Both the position numbers and the translations under genes were made by a program. Source: Candidatus Sumerlaeia bacterium (GTDB taxonomy: Bacteria > Sumerlaeota > Sumerlaeia > SLMS01 > JANRJK01). Taken from it: a stretch of 64,000 nucleotides of DNA. The stretch is from contig JANRJK010000043.1 in NCBI GenBank assembly GCA_033764015.1, positions 20,402-84,401 on the forward strand. Reading direction: 5' to 3'. Positions 1 to 9,830 of the stretch are shown in pieces (position 1 is the first letter of the stretch; each line of letters opens with the position of its first letter). Below the pieces are notes generated by a model that searched no databases, was not told the origin of the DNA, and was given only the letters and a program-made list of their open reading frames with translations.

Positions 1-1707
1 GCCGTCGCCGCGCTCCACCGCCTTCTCGCGCTCCTGCAGGATGCGCTTCACCTTCGGGTTGGCGTTGAAACCCTCGGGGATCGTCGACAGCCGGAGCCCG
101 AGCTCGCGCAGCTTCGCCGCCGGGACGCCCGTTTCCATGGGGTCGTGCGAGTATTCGTCGGTGTAGCCCACCCAGCCCTGGCCGAAGACATCCTTCGGCT
201 TCTCGACGGAGCCTTCCTTCGCCGAGGCCTGGGCCGCCTCGAGCATGCGCCGGAAATCCGCTTCCGCGCCGTCGAACTGCTCCTTGGTGAGGACGCCCTC
301 GGCGAGCAGCGTCTCGAGGTAGCGGTGGCGGGTCGTCTGCTTGTCGCGGATCGCCTTGTACATGACCGGCTGCGTGAACGATGGCTCGTCGCCCTCGTTG
401 TGGCCGTACCGGCGGTAGCACACCAAGTCGATGACGATGTCCTTCTGGAACTTCTGGCGGTACTCGAAGGCGAGGCGCGCTATGTGGGCGGCGGCCTCCG
501 GATCCTCCGTGTTCACGTGGAAGATCGGCGCTTCGACCATCTTCGCCACGTCTGTGCAATAGGGCGTCGAGCGCCCGTACTCCGGCGCCGTCGTGAACCC
601 GACCTGGTTGTTGATGACGATGTGGATCGTACCGCCGGTCCGGTAGGCGGGGAGCTGCGACATGTTGAAGATCTCGGCGACGATGCCCTGCCCGGAGAAC
701 GCCGCGTCGCCGTGCATCACCACCGGCACCACGCGTTTGCGCTCGTTGTCGCCGCGCAGGTACTGCTTGCCGCGGACGCGCCCCTGGACCACCGCGCCGA
801 CAAGTTCGAGATGGCTGGGGTTGGCCGTCATGCTCAGGTGGATCGTGCGCCCCGAGCGCGTGGGTCGGTCGGTCACGGCGCCCAAATGGTACTTCACATC
901 CCCGCCCGCCGCGTCGTCGCCGTTCACTTCGGGGATGTCCTCGTACTCGCTGAAGATCAGGCCGTAGCTCTTGTTGAGCGTGTTCGCGAGCACGTTGAGG
1001 CGCCCGCGGTGCGCCATACCGAAGATGATCTCCTCCACGCCGGTCGCCGCGGCGGTCTCGACGATCTCGTCGAGCAGCGGGATCAGCGTTTCGCCGCCTT
1101 CGATCGAGAAACGCTTCTTCCCGACATAGGTGCGGTGGGCGAAGGTCTCGTAGGTTTCCGCCTTCGCGAGGAGCTCGAGGATGCGGAGCTTTTCCTCGCG
1201 GGTGAACTGGGTGCGGTTCTTGTGCTTCTCGATGCGTTCGAGCAGCCAGGCGCGCTCGTCCGTGTTGTTCATGTGCCCGAGCTCGACCCCGACGGGACCG
1301 AGGTAGGTCGCGTCCAGCTCCGCGATCAGGTCGCGGAGCTTCATCCGCCCGCCGCCCCGGAACCAGCCGATGTCGAAGTCGCGCTCCAGGTCCGCGTCCG
1401 AGAGGTGGAACTTCTCAAGCTTGTAGAACTCGGCTTTGGGCTTCGGCGGGTAGAGCGGGTTCACCGCTGCGTAGTTGTGACCGAAGACGCGGTAGTAGCT
1501 CACCATCGCCTCGACGTTCGGCGTCACGGGCGCGTGGCGCGCCGTCGAGGGGCTCTCGGCGAGCCCCATCGTGAAACCTTGGAAGAAGAAATCCCAGTCC
1601 TTGCCGACCGCGGCGGGATCCTGCTTCCACTGCTGGAACTGCGCTTCGATGTACTCCGCGTTCCACCCGTTGATGGAACTGTTGGCGGCGTTGCCGGTTT
1701 GGCTCAT
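1..1707 (-). CDS. sucA: 2-oxoglutarate dehydrogenase E1 component (N-terminal part; runs off the window start)
   Basis: Manual translation from ATG at 1707 gives MSQTGNAANSSINGWNAEYIEAQFQQWKQDPAAVGKDWDFFFQGF, with KRFSIEGGE, GMAHRGRLNV, GDVKYHLG, HGDAAFSGQG and CYRRYGHNEGDEP motifs. Missing from the ORF track because no stop lies in the window. Confidence 0.96.
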   Translation of the reverse strand, partial: MSQTGNAANSSINGWNAEYIEAQFQQWKQDPAAVGKDWDFFFQGFTMGLAESPSTARHAPVTPNVEAMVSYYRVFGHNYAAVNPLYPPKPKAEFYKLEKFHLSDADLERDFDIGWFRGGGRMKLRDLIAELDATYLGPVGVELGHMNNTDERAWLLERIEKHKNRTQFTREEKLRILELLAKAETYETFAHRTYVGKKRFSIEGGETLIPLLDEIVETAAATGVEEIIFGMAHRGRLNVLANTLNKSYGLIFSEYEDIPEVNGDDAAGGDVKYHLGAVTDRPTRSGRTIHLSMTANPSHLELVGAVVQGRVRGKQYLRGDNERKRVVPVVMHGDAAFSGQGIVAEIFNMSQLPAYRTGGTIHIVINNQVGFTTAPEYGRSTPYCTDVAKMVEAPIFHVNTEDPEAAAHIARLAFEYRQKFQKDIVIDLVCYRRYGHNEGDEPSFTQPVMYKAIRDKQTTRHRYLETLLAEGVLTKEQFDGAEADFRRMLEAAQASAKEGSVEKPKDVFGQGWVGYTDEYSHDPMETGVPAAKLRELGLRLSTIPEGFNANPKVKRILQEREKAVERGDG

Positions 1708-2026
1708 GGGGAGTTGGATGCGGAATCCGAGGTGGGGGCGGCGCCTTGTCCGCCCGGGATGGGTTCGACGGCGTCTAGCAAGCCAACGCCGGACCGTGAC
1801 TTGCAATCCTAGGGCGGGGGGCCGCGCATTGGCAAGCCCGGGATCGAGGCGTATAGCCAGCCGCGATTCCACGGCACCGCCCGGATCGCCTCCGGCGCGG
1901 CGCCCCTTAGGAAGCCGGAGATTCACCCCCCCTGCGGCTTGACCGCACGCCGCGACTGTTCGTGAATCTGGTGTTCCGTCGCCGCGTGGCGGCGGCGCAG
2001 CCTATCCGGAGGCCATCACGGCGCAG

Positions 2027-3013
2027 ATGAACCGCAACATCGGCATCAAGGGAGTAGGGTACTGTGTCCCCGACAAGGTCCTGAGCAACGCGGACCTCGA
2101 GAAGCTGGTCGATACGAACGACGAATGGATCGTCGAGCGCACCGGGATCCGTGAGCGCCGGGTGCTTTCGGAGGGCGAGAACTGCTCCACGATCGGCGCC
2201 GAGGCTGCCCGCAGGGCGCTGGCCCATGCGGGCATGACAATCGACGACATCGACCTGATCGTCTGCGCCACCTTTAGCCCCGACTACCTCTGCCCGGCCA
2301 CGGCGTGCGTGATCCACAGCCTGCTGAAGCCATCCAAGCACATCCCCGCCTTCGACGTGAACGGAGCCTGCACAGGATTCATCATGGCCCTCCAAGTGGC
2401 GCAGGGCATGATGACCACCATGGGCTACAAGAACGTGCTGGTGATCGGCGCGGAGGCGTGCACGCGCTTCATCGACTATAGCAACCGCTCCGTCTGCATC
2501 CTGTTCGGCGACGGCGCCGGGGCGGCGGTGATCGGCGACGTCGAAGCCCCCGCCGGCTTCCTCGGCCATTCGGCCCACGCGGACAGCACCGGCGTCCACC
2601 TGATCAGCATCGACGCCGGCGGCTCCGCCTGCCCGATCTCGCAGAAGGCCGTGGACGAGCGCCTCGGGTTCATCCAAGTCGAGGGGCGCGAAGTGTACAA
2701 GTTCGCCGTGAAGGTGCTCGGCACCGCGGTGGACCAGGCGCTCGCGAACGCCGGCATGACTCCCGACCAGATCGACTTCCTGATCCCGCACCAGGCGAAC
2801 ATCCGCATCATCGACGCGGCGGCGAAGCGCTACAACATGCCGATGGAGCGCGTCGTCTGCAACGTCGAGCGGTTCGGCAACACCTCGGCCGCGAGCGTGC
2901 CCATCGCGCTGGCGGAGGCTTGGGAGCAGGGACGCATCAAGCCCGGAATGGTGCTCGCCATGGTCGCCTTCGGCGGCGGCCTCACCTACGGGTCCACCAT
3001 CGTCCGCGTGTAG
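2027..3013 (+). CDS. fabH: 3-oxoacyl-ACP synthase III (KAS III)
   Basis: DTNDEWIVERTGIRERR, catalytic Cys in NGACTGF, LFGDGAGA, PHQAN, FGNTSAAS and AFGGGLT motifs; GGAGG RBS upstream. Confidence 0.97.
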   Translation: MNRNIGIKGVGYCVPDKVLSNADLEKLVDTNDEWIVERTGIRERRVLSEGENCSTIGAEAARRALAHAGMTIDDIDLIVCATFSPDYLCPATACVIHSLLKPSKHIPAFDVNGACTGFIMALQVAQGMMTTMGYKNVLVIGAEACTRFIDYSNRSVCILFGDGAGAAVIGDVEAPAGFLGHSAHADSTGVHLISIDAGGSACPISQKAVDERLGFIQVEGREVYKFAVKVLGTAVDQALANAGMTPDQIDFLIPHQANIRIIDAAAKRYNMPMERVVCNVERFGNTSAASVPIALAEAWEQGRIKPGMVLAMVAFGGGLTYGSTIVRV

Positions 3014-3038
3014 GCGCCGCCGACCGGAGCCGGAAAAG

Positions 3039-3068
3039 AAGCGCCCCGGCCTTGCGGCCGGGGCGCTT
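3039..3068. terminator. Probable bidirectional intrinsic terminator between convergent genes
   Basis: Perfect stem AAGCGCCCCGGCC-TTGC-GGCCGGGGCGCTT, preceded by an A-rich run and followed by T. Confidence 0.8.
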
Positions 3069-3096
3069 TGTCACAGTGTGGACGAGCCAGCCGCCG

Positions 3097-3408
3097 TCAG
3101 GCGTTGAAGTGGCCGCACACATATACTTCCTGCCCGGGGAGCAGGTTGACCGGCCCCGCATGGTAGCGGCGCACGAAGTCGGCGACCGACTGGTCGTTCT
3201 CCCAGGCCATCATCACAAAGAACGTCCGCTCCGGGTCCTCGATCTGGAACCCTTCCATCGCCTCCGGCGACACGTCTTCCGGGGAGAAGTAGCTGGCCCA
3301 AAGGTGTCCTGGGGATTTCGCCGCGGCGGCGATCCACTTGTCGAGCGTGCGGCGAGCCGCCTCCGCCTGCCCGTGCTTCACTACCGTCTTGATCACTTCG
3401 ACGTACAT
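3097..3408 (-). CDS. Small ABM-like (dimeric alpha/beta barrel) hypothetical protein, 103 aa
   Basis: ATG at 3408 (MYVEVIKTVVKHGQAEAARR...SPGHLWASYF...ERTFFVMMAWENDQSV); pattern resembles antibiotic-biosynthesis-monooxygenase domains; host-like codon usage. Confidence 0.6.
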   Translation of the reverse strand: MYVEVIKTVVKHGQAEAARRTLDKWIAAAAKSPGHLWASYFSPEDVSPEAMEGFQIEDPERTFFVMMAWENDQSVADFVRRYHAGPVNLLPGQEVYVCGHFNA

Positions 3409-3759
3409 TCTGGGTATCCTCAATCGTCTGGGCGCGCGGTGGGGCCGGGCGCGGACTTCACGCCGTTGGTCGAACAAGGATCGAGCCAACCACTCGCGCC
3501 TCCGGGTGGGGGATTGCCCTCCGAAGGGTGCGCACAGTGCATAAGCGCACCCGGAAATCAAGGGAAACCGTCTTCGATAGGGGAATGGGGGCGCCCAATT
3601 CCTTGCCGGCATTGCCTCCGTTCAATCCCGAGAGCCGACTTGAGCCCTCACGCCGGTTCCACCCGCGAGCCGCGCGATGGATTGCCCGGGCGATTTCTGC
3701 TGCATCGGCATCGGCCTGGCACGCCTCATGGGCTGATGAATCCCGAGGGAATGCCATCG

Positions 3760-5640
3760 ATGACCCCGCCGAAGACCCTTTGCAAGTACTTCATCGCTGC
3801 CTGCATCGCCACGCTCCCCGCGGCCGCCGGCGCGCAGGGCTCTTTCTTTGTCACCGATTCCACGGGCGCGCGCATCATCCGCGTGTCCGAGACCACCGGC
3901 GCCCGCCGGCTTGTCACCGGGTCGCTGCTGACCGGACCGGCGGCCATTGCCGCGAAGCCGGACGGGCGCTTCTACGTGACGGATCTGGACCTCCCCGGCG
4001 TCTTCGAGTATGATCCGGCGGTGGGCGACGCGACCCTTGTCAGCGGCGCCGCGCGCGGTTCCGGGCCTGCGCTCTCAAGCCCCGCGCAGATCGCCATCGA
4101 ATCGGCCGGGACAATCCTGCTGGTCGAGCGCTCGCCGGCCAGCATCGTCCGCATCGACCCGGCGACCGGCGACCGGACCTTGCTGTCCGGCGCGTCGGCC
4201 GGCACCGGGCAGCCGTTCGCCTCCCCGTTCGGGCTCGTGATCGAGCCATCCGGCTCGCTGCTGGTGGGCGATAGCGGCGCCGACGTCCTCTTCCGCGTGA
4301 ACGCCCTCACCGGCGACCGCTCGATCGTGGCGAGCAACACGGTGGGCGGCGGCCCCTCCCTCGGGGCCCTGCAGGGCCTCGCGCTCGACGCGACGCAGGC
4401 GGGCTTCGTGCTCGCGGCGGACTCCTCCACACGCGCCGTCTTGCGCTTCGACACCGCCACGGGCGACCGCGTCCAGGTTTCGAGCAGCGGGGTGGGATCA
4501 GGCACCGGCTTCCTCTTCCCGCTCTATCCGGCGCAAGTACCCGCGGGCACGATCTACGTCTCCGATCCGACGCTCGATGCCATCGTCGCGGTGGACCTCG
4601 CCACCGGGAACAGGACCGTCCTGAGCGACGACGCGACCGGCACCGGCCCCCAGTTCGCCCGCCCGCAGGGCGTCGCCCTCAATGGCGCCAGCCTCTTCGT
4701 GCCCGACCTGGACCTCGACGCCATTGTCTCCGTGGACATCCTGTCGGGCGACCGCACGCCCGCGCCCGGCACGAGTATCGGCTCCGGCCCGGTGCTCCGC
4801 GGGCCGGCGGGGATTTACCTCGAAACCGAAACCTCCGCCATCGTCGCCGACGCCACGCTGCCGGGCATCTTCCGGGTGAACCTCTCGACCGGCGCCCGCA
4901 CGCTGGTCTCCGGTGACGGAACGGGCACGGGCCCCGCCCTCTCCTCCCCGCGGGGAGTGGCGCCGACGCCGGACGGCAACGCCTACGTCATCGACGCCGG
5001 CACGCTTGCGATGTACCGCGTCGATCTTGTCACCGGCGCCAGGACGACGGTTTCCTCGAATGCCATCTCCGGCACCGGTGTCCTGATGAGCCAGCCCCGC
5101 GACCTGCTCGCCCTGGACGACGGAAGTGTCGTCTACGCGGATTCCGGCATCGCCGCGATGGTCCGTATCGACACCGCGTCCGGCAACCGCACGCGCATCA
5201 CGGGCGACGGAGCGGGAAGCGGCACGGCCCTGCTGCGCCCCTTCGGCGTGGTGCGGCTTCCGAACGGCGAGTACTTCCTCAGCGACGGCGACTTCACAAC
5301 TCCCCCCGCGGAGCCGCACCCCCTCGTGATGAAGTCCACGCCGCTCGGCGTGCGAAGCGTCTTCTCGACCGGCACCGGCGCCTCCACGGTCGGAACCGGC
5401 GAGGCGTTCACCCGCCTCTTCGACCTGACGACCGGGTCGAACGCGGATCTGTTCGTGCTGGATGTGAACTCCGCGACGAAGGACTCCCGACTGGTGCGCA
5501 TCGACGCGTTCAACGGTGACCGCGTCGTCGTTTCCGGCAGCTTGGCCGGCACGGGCCCGCTGCCCGTCGCCCCGCAGTTCCTGGTGTACCAAGGGAACGC
5601 CTCGGAAGTGCGCGCCAGCCAGTGGCAGCTCTACCATTGA
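3760..5640 (+). CDS. Secreted NHL/beta-propeller repeat protein (~626 aa) with C-terminal WQLYH tail
   Basis: ATG at 3760 with GAGGGA upstream; Sec signal MTPPKTLCKYFIAACIATLPAAAGA; about 12 repeats of ~50 aa (RxDxxTGxRxxxSG...GxGP...P.G). Confidence 0.85.
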   Translation: MTPPKTLCKYFIAACIATLPAAAGAQGSFFVTDSTGARIIRVSETTGARRLVTGSLLTGPAAIAAKPDGRFYVTDLDLPGVFEYDPAVGDATLVSGAARGSGPALSSPAQIAIESAGTILLVERSPASIVRIDPATGDRTLLSGASAGTGQPFASPFGLVIEPSGSLLVGDSGADVLFRVNALTGDRSIVASNTVGGGPSLGALQGLALDATQAGFVLAADSSTRAVLRFDTATGDRVQVSSSGVGSGTGFLFPLYPAQVPAGTIYVSDPTLDAIVAVDLATGNRTVLSDDATGTGPQFARPQGVALNGASLFVPDLDLDAIVSVDILSGDRTPAPGTSIGSGPVLRGPAGIYLETETSAIVADATLPGIFRVNLSTGARTLVSGDGTGTGPALSSPRGVAPTPDGNAYVIDAGTLAMYRVDLVTGARTTVSSNAISGTGVLMSQPRDLLALDDGSVVYADSGIAAMVRIDTASGNRTRITGDGAGSGTALLRPFGVVRLPNGEYFLSDGDFTTPPAEPHPLVMKSTPLGVRSVFSTGTGASTVGTGEAFTRLFDLTTGSNADLFVLDVNSATKDSRLVRIDAFNGDRVVVSGSLAGTGPLPVAPQFLVYQGNASEVRASQWQLYH

Positions 5641-6479
5641 GGCGCATCGCCCGGGCCGCCGCGGCGCTACTCGCGGCGGCGACCCTCGCCGCCTGCGGCG
5701 GTCGGGCTGCGTTCGTGAGCCCCTACGAAACGGGTCCGCCCACCGCGCAAAGCGTCGGGGAGCTCCGGGCCACGCTTTCCGAGCGCGCCTCCCAGCACCC
5801 GAAGCTCTGGGTCCGGGCGGACCTCGTGCTGGAGAGCGACCTGCGCAAGGGCAGGGACGCGGTCACCGCGACGGCGCTCTTCGAGGAGCCGGACCGCTTC
5901 CGCCTGCTCGGCTCGCGGGAAGTGGTGGGGACGCTATTCGACGTGCTGCTGCTCGGCGACAACGCGTCGCTCTATTTCGCGCGCGAGGGACTGCGCTTCG
6001 ATGGCACGGCGGAGGAGCTGCGCGGCAAGCTGGGCGCCGCCGGCAGTGTGATGCCCCGGGACCTGATCGAAGCAGTGACCGTGACGCAGCGCCTGCTCGC
6101 CACAATGGAGAAGCCGGCGGGGGAGTGGAGCGCCATCGACCGCCGGGACCACTGGCTTGTGGCGACATACGACGACCTCGGCCGACAGAGCATCTACCGG
6201 GTGCGCAAGGCGGACGGGCTCGTGGACGAGTGGCTGCTCCGGTCCGCGGACGGGGTGGAGCGCCTCCGCATCGCCTATGGCGAGTATCGGCTCGTCGACG
6301 TCCGCGGACGCAAGGAGCCCTTCCCGTGGCGCTTCGAAGCGCGCGTGCCGGAGGGGAACGCGAAGGTTCGCGCCTCTGTGGACGGATACAAGATCGACCC
6401 GCCCTTCGTGCCGAAGAGCTTCCAGCCCCGGCAGACGGACGAAGTGTACGCGCTGCGGGACCTCGCGTTCGAGGAGTAG
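5637..6479 (+). CDS. Lipoprotein, LolA/LolB-like fold (DUF4292-like)
   Basis: Lipobox LAAC after a hydrophobic stretch; TTG at 5637 overlaps the upstream TGA; beta-rich sequence with a PDRFRL segment and a C-terminal PPFVPKSF. Confidence 0.6.
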   Translation: MRRIARAAAALLAAATLAACGGRAAFVSPYETGPPTAQSVGELRATLSERASQHPKLWVRADLVLESDLRKGRDAVTATALFEEPDRFRLLGSREVVGTLFDVLLLGDNASLYFAREGLRFDGTAEELRGKLGAAGSVMPRDLIEAVTVTQRLLATMEKPAGEWSAIDRRDHWLVATYDDLGRQSIYRVRKADGLVDEWLLRSADGVERLRIAYGEYRLVDVRGRKEPFPWRFEARVPEGNAKVRASVDGYKIDPPFVPKSFQPRQTDEVYALRDLAFEE

Positions 6480-6578
6480 CCCGCGGCAAACCGAACGCCC
6501 CCCTCCCGATTCCCATTGTGGTGGCCGGGAGCGGACGGAAACGCTCGGCCCTCAACCACACAAGGAGACCAATCTCCC

Positions 6579-7523
6579 ATGCAACGCAACGCCACGTCAC
6601 CCGTCAAGCCGGAACCCCGCGTCGGCCTGCTGCTGCTGTTGATTGCGGCGATCCTGTCCTTCTCCGCCCCCGCTGCGGCCCAGGATGGCGAGAAGAAGAC
6701 CCTCGTCATCACCGGCTCGGACACCATGAACCTGATGTCGACCGCGCTGGCGGAAGCCTTCAAGGCGCACCATCCCGAAGTCTCGGTCACGGTCACCGGC
6801 GGCGGCTCCGGCCGCGGCATCGCCGACCTGATGAGCGGCCTGAACGACGTCGCGCAGGCCAGCCGCCCGATGACGGACGGCGAGAAGGAGAAGGCGCGCG
6901 CCAATGGCCTCGATCCGCAGGAGTTCGTGGTCGGCCTCGATGCGCTCGCGGTCATCGTCAACGAGTCGAGCCCCGTGAAGGAACTGACCAAGGCGCAGAT
7001 CGCGGCGATCTTCACCGGCGCGGTCGACAACTGGAGCGCGTTCGGTGGCCCGGACCGCAAGATCACCGTGTTCGCCCGCGAGTCGAACTCCGGCACCTAC
7101 CACTTCTTCAAGGAACACGTCCTGCAGAACAAGGACTTCGCGCAAGGCACCAGCTACCTCGCCGCCACGGCGGCGATCGGCGACGCGGTGGCCAAGAACG
7201 AGGGCGCGGTCGGCTTCGGCGGCATCGGCTACTTCGCCCACACCGAAGGCATCCGCATCCTGGCGGTCAGCCCGAAGAAGGGCGAGCCCGCGGTCTCTCC
7301 CATCGACGAGGCCACGCGCCACCCGCGCTACGAGACCATCCAGTCGGGCGAGTACCCGGTTTCCCGTCCGCTCCACTACTACACCAGCCGCCAGCCCGCC
7401 GGCGTCGCGAAGGCGTTCCTCGACTTCGTCGCGTCCGAAGAGGGGCAGGAGGTCATCAAGAAGAGCGAGTACATCCCGCTCGGCAAGGGCGGCGCCGCCG
7501 CGGCCAAGGCGGTCGCCGAGTAA
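6579..7523 (+). CDS. pstS: Phosphate ABC transporter substrate-binding protein
   Basis: AAGGAG RBS; signal peptide; GSDTM, GGGSGRGI, QASR, RESNSGT and YPVSRPL motifs. Confidence 0.95.
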   Translation: MQRNATSPVKPEPRVGLLLLLIAAILSFSAPAAAQDGEKKTLVITGSDTMNLMSTALAEAFKAHHPEVSVTVTGGGSGRGIADLMSGLNDVAQASRPMTDGEKEKARANGLDPQEFVVGLDALAVIVNESSPVKELTKAQIAAIFTGAVDNWSAFGGPDRKITVFARESNSGTYHFFKEHVLQNKDFAQGTSYLAATAAIGDAVAKNEGAVGFGGIGYFAHTEGIRILAVSPKKGEPAVSPIDEATRHPRYETIQSGEYPVSRPLHYYTSRQPAGVAKAFLDFVASEEGQEVIKKSEYIPLGKGGAAAAKAVAE

Positions 7524-7544
7524 AAGGGTTCCCGGTTGCGTTCC

Positions 7545-7580
7545 AACGCGGGGGGAGGCTTTCCTTCCCCCGCGTTTACT
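7545..7580 (+). terminator. pstS-pstC intercistronic stem-loop (partial terminator or mRNA stabiliser)
   Basis: AACGCGGGGGGAGG-CTTT-CCTTCCCCCGCGTT followed by TACTT. Confidence 0.7.
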
Positions 7581-7620
7581 TGCTTAGTCCTCCGTCCCGG
7601 CGCAGCACCCCTCCCTGCTT

Positions 7621-8664
7621 ATGGTTGACGCGACAAGCCTTCGGAGCCGCCTCCGTCACCCGCCTTCGCTGGCGCAGGTGTACCGGGAAAAGGCTATCGA
7701 AGCGCTCCTCTCCGTCTGCGCGACCGTATCCCTAGTCGCCATCTTCCTGATCTTCCTCTTCCTCTTCAAGGAGGGGATCATCGCGTTCAAGCTGGCGGGG
7801 GTCGGCGACTTCATCGTCGCCAAGATCAGCGAAGTCACCTTCGACCCGGTCACCGAGGAGTTCACCAAGACGGAGACGACCGGCTACGTCTGGCAGCCGG
7901 TGAGCGACCAGCCGAAGCTTTCCTTCGTCCCGTTGGTCTGGGGATCGCTCCTGATCGCCGCGCTGGCCGCGACCGTGTCGACGATCGTCGGCATCGCCTG
8001 CGGGCTTTACTTGTCGGAGATGGCCGGGCGGAAGCTGCGCGGGCGGCTCAAGCCGCTCATGGAGCTCCTAGTGTCGATCCCGACCGTGGTGATCGGCTTC
8101 TTCATGCTGGCGATCATCGCCTACCCGCTCCGCGCGTTCGCCGACTGGGCCGGCGCGGCTTTGGCCCCGATCCTTGGCGACTGGGTTTCCAGCATCTACA
8201 CCGATACCTTCAACGCGTTTATCGGCGCCCTGGGCGTGAGTATCGTCATCATCCCGGTGATCGCCTCGCTGGTCGACGACTCGCTGCAGTCGGTGCCGCA
8301 GGACCTCCGCGATGGTTCTTTCGCGCTGGGGGCCACGCGGTGGCAGACGAGTTGGCGCGTGGTGCTGCCGGCGGGCTTCTCGGGCGTCGCGGCGGCGGTC
8401 ATCCTCGGTTTCGGGCGCGCGCTCGGCGAGACCATGATCGTCGTCATGTGCGCGGGAAACGCGGCGCAGTTGTCCGCGAATCCGTTCGACTCGGTGACGA
8501 CGATGACCGCCCGCATCGCGACCGAGATGGGGACCGCCGGTGTCGGCTCGCTGCACCAGCACACGCTCTTCCTAGTCGGCTCGACCCTGGTGACGGTGAC
8601 GTTCTTCCTCAACCTGCTCGCGGAAGTGATCGTCCAGAAGTACCGCTCGAGGATCGTTTCTTGA
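7621..8664 (+). CDS. pstC: Phosphate ABC transporter permease PstC
   Basis: [28 protein letters not shown] and [10 protein letters not shown] motifs; operon context. Confidence 0.95.
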   Translation: MVDATSLRSRLRHPPSLAQVYREKAIEALLSVCATVSLVAIFLIFLFLFKEGIIAFKLAGVGDFIVAKISEVTFDPVTEEFTKTETTGYVWQPVSDQPKLSFVPLVWGSLLIAALAATVSTIVGIACGLYLSEMAGRKLRGRLKPLMELLVSIPTVVIGFFMLAIIAYPLRAFADWAGAALAPILGDWVSSIYTDTFNAFIGALGVSIVIIPVIASLVDDSLQSVPQDLRDGSFALGATRWQTSWRVVLPAGFSGVAAAVILGFGRALGETMIVVMCAGNAAQLSANPFDSVTTMTARIATEMGTAGVGSLHQHTLFLVGSTLVTVTFFLNLLAEVIVQKYRSRIVS

Positions 8665-9830
8665 AGGAGAAGAACTTCGACGCGACCTTGGGGCGTGTGA
8701 AGACGGCGATGGAGTCCGGCTCCCGCGCGCCGATGTGGGCGCTCGTCTTCGAGACCGTGGTGAAGATCCTCACGGGCTTCGTCGTGGCCGCGCTGGCGTT
8801 CATCCTCTTCACCATCATCACCAAGGGCGGCCCGCACGTCTCGTGGGAGTTCCTCTCCCAGCCTCCGCGCGACACGGGCATGGCGGGAGGCGTCTGGCCG
8901 GCGATCTTCGGCACGTTCTTCGTCGTCCTCTTCATGATCATGATGGCGATTCCGCTCGGCGTCTTCGGCGCGGTCTACCTCGTCGAGTATTCGAGGGGTG
9001 GTTTCGCGGCCCGCGTGATCCGAGCGGCGGTCTCGAACCTGGCGGGAGTCCCGTCGATCGTATTCGGCCTCTTCGGGCTGGGCTTCTTCGTCCTCTTCGT
9101 CGGGCGGAACCTCGACTATATGGTGTACGACATCCCGCGCAGCGAGTCCGAGCTCGTCGAGAAGCGCGCCCGCCTCGAGGCGAACCGGACCGAATTGGAG
9201 GCCGAGGCCCGCACGGGCGCCGAAGCGGAAGCGGCGCGGCGCCAACTCGCCCCCGAAGAGGCGCAGGCGTTCGTGGCGCAGCGTGTGGTCGAGGCCACGA
9301 TCCCGTCGACGCGGCCGGTGTTCGGACAAGGGGCGATGTTCTGGGCGGCGGCGACGCTCGCCCTGCTGGTGCTGCCCGTGATCATCGTGTCGACGGAGGA
9401 GGCCCTGCGCGCGGTGCCGCTGTCGTTGCGCGAAGCGTCCTACGCGCTCGGCTCGACGAAGTGGCAGATGGTACGGAACATTGTGCTTCCGATGGCGCGG
9501 TCCGGAATCCTGACGGGTGCGATCCTCGCCGTCTCGCGCGGCGCGGGCGAGCTGGCGCCGGTGCTCTTCGTCGGCGTGGCCGCATTCAAGCCCGACCTCC
9601 CGCTGACGGATCCAGTGGACTTCGGCCTCTTCGAGGTCCCCGTCGTGAATCCGTTCACGTCGTTCATGCACCTCAACTACCACATCTACACGTTGGCCAC
9701 CCAGAGCCCCGATCCGGACGCGACCCGCGGCCTCCAGTTCGCCACCACGGCGGTGCTGGTGCTCCTCACGGTAGCGCTCAACCTCGCCGCCATCCGACTC
9801 CGGAACCTGTACTCCGCAAGGAACCGCTGA
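8661..9830 (+). CDS. pstA: Phosphate ABC transporter permease PstA
   Basis: TTG at 8661 overlaps the pst[31 protein letters not shown] and SRGAGELAP motifs. Confidence 0.93.
   Translation: MKEKNFDATLGRVKTAMESGSRAPMWALVFETVVKILTGFVVAALAFILFTIITKGGPHVSWEFLSQPPRDTGMAGGVWPAIFGTFFVVLFMIMMAIPLGVFGAVYLVEYSRGGFAARVIRAAVSNLAGVPSIVFGLFGLGFFVLFVGRNLDYMVYDIPRSESELVEKRARLEANRTELEAEARTGAEAEAARRQLAPEEAQAFVAQRVVEATIPSTRPVFGQGAMFWAAATLALLVLPVIIVSTEEALRAVPLSLREASYALGSTKWQMVRNIVLPMARSGILTGAILAVSRGAGELAPVLFVGVAAFKPDLPLTDPVDFGLFEVPVVNPFTSFMHLNYHIYTLATQSPDPDATRGLQFATTAVLVLLTVALNLAAIRLRNLYSARNR

Noticed and set aside
145..1812. 555-aa plus-strand ORF and many other long antisense or alternate-frame ORFs (e.g. 13912-17451 -, 33395-35386 +, 45456-47789 -, 61410-63650 +)
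   Set aside because: Shadow ORFs typical of high-GC DNA: Arg/Gly/His-rich, no motifs, and fully overlapping well-supported genes.
3717..3732. Sigma-54 promoter (TGGCAC at -24)
   Set aside because: The -12 element reads ATGG rather than TTGC; insufficient support.
2920..3759. N-terminal 280 aa of the 906-aa ORF
   Set aside because: Overlaps fabH, a terminator and a minus-strand gene; the signal peptide and RBS place the start at 3760.
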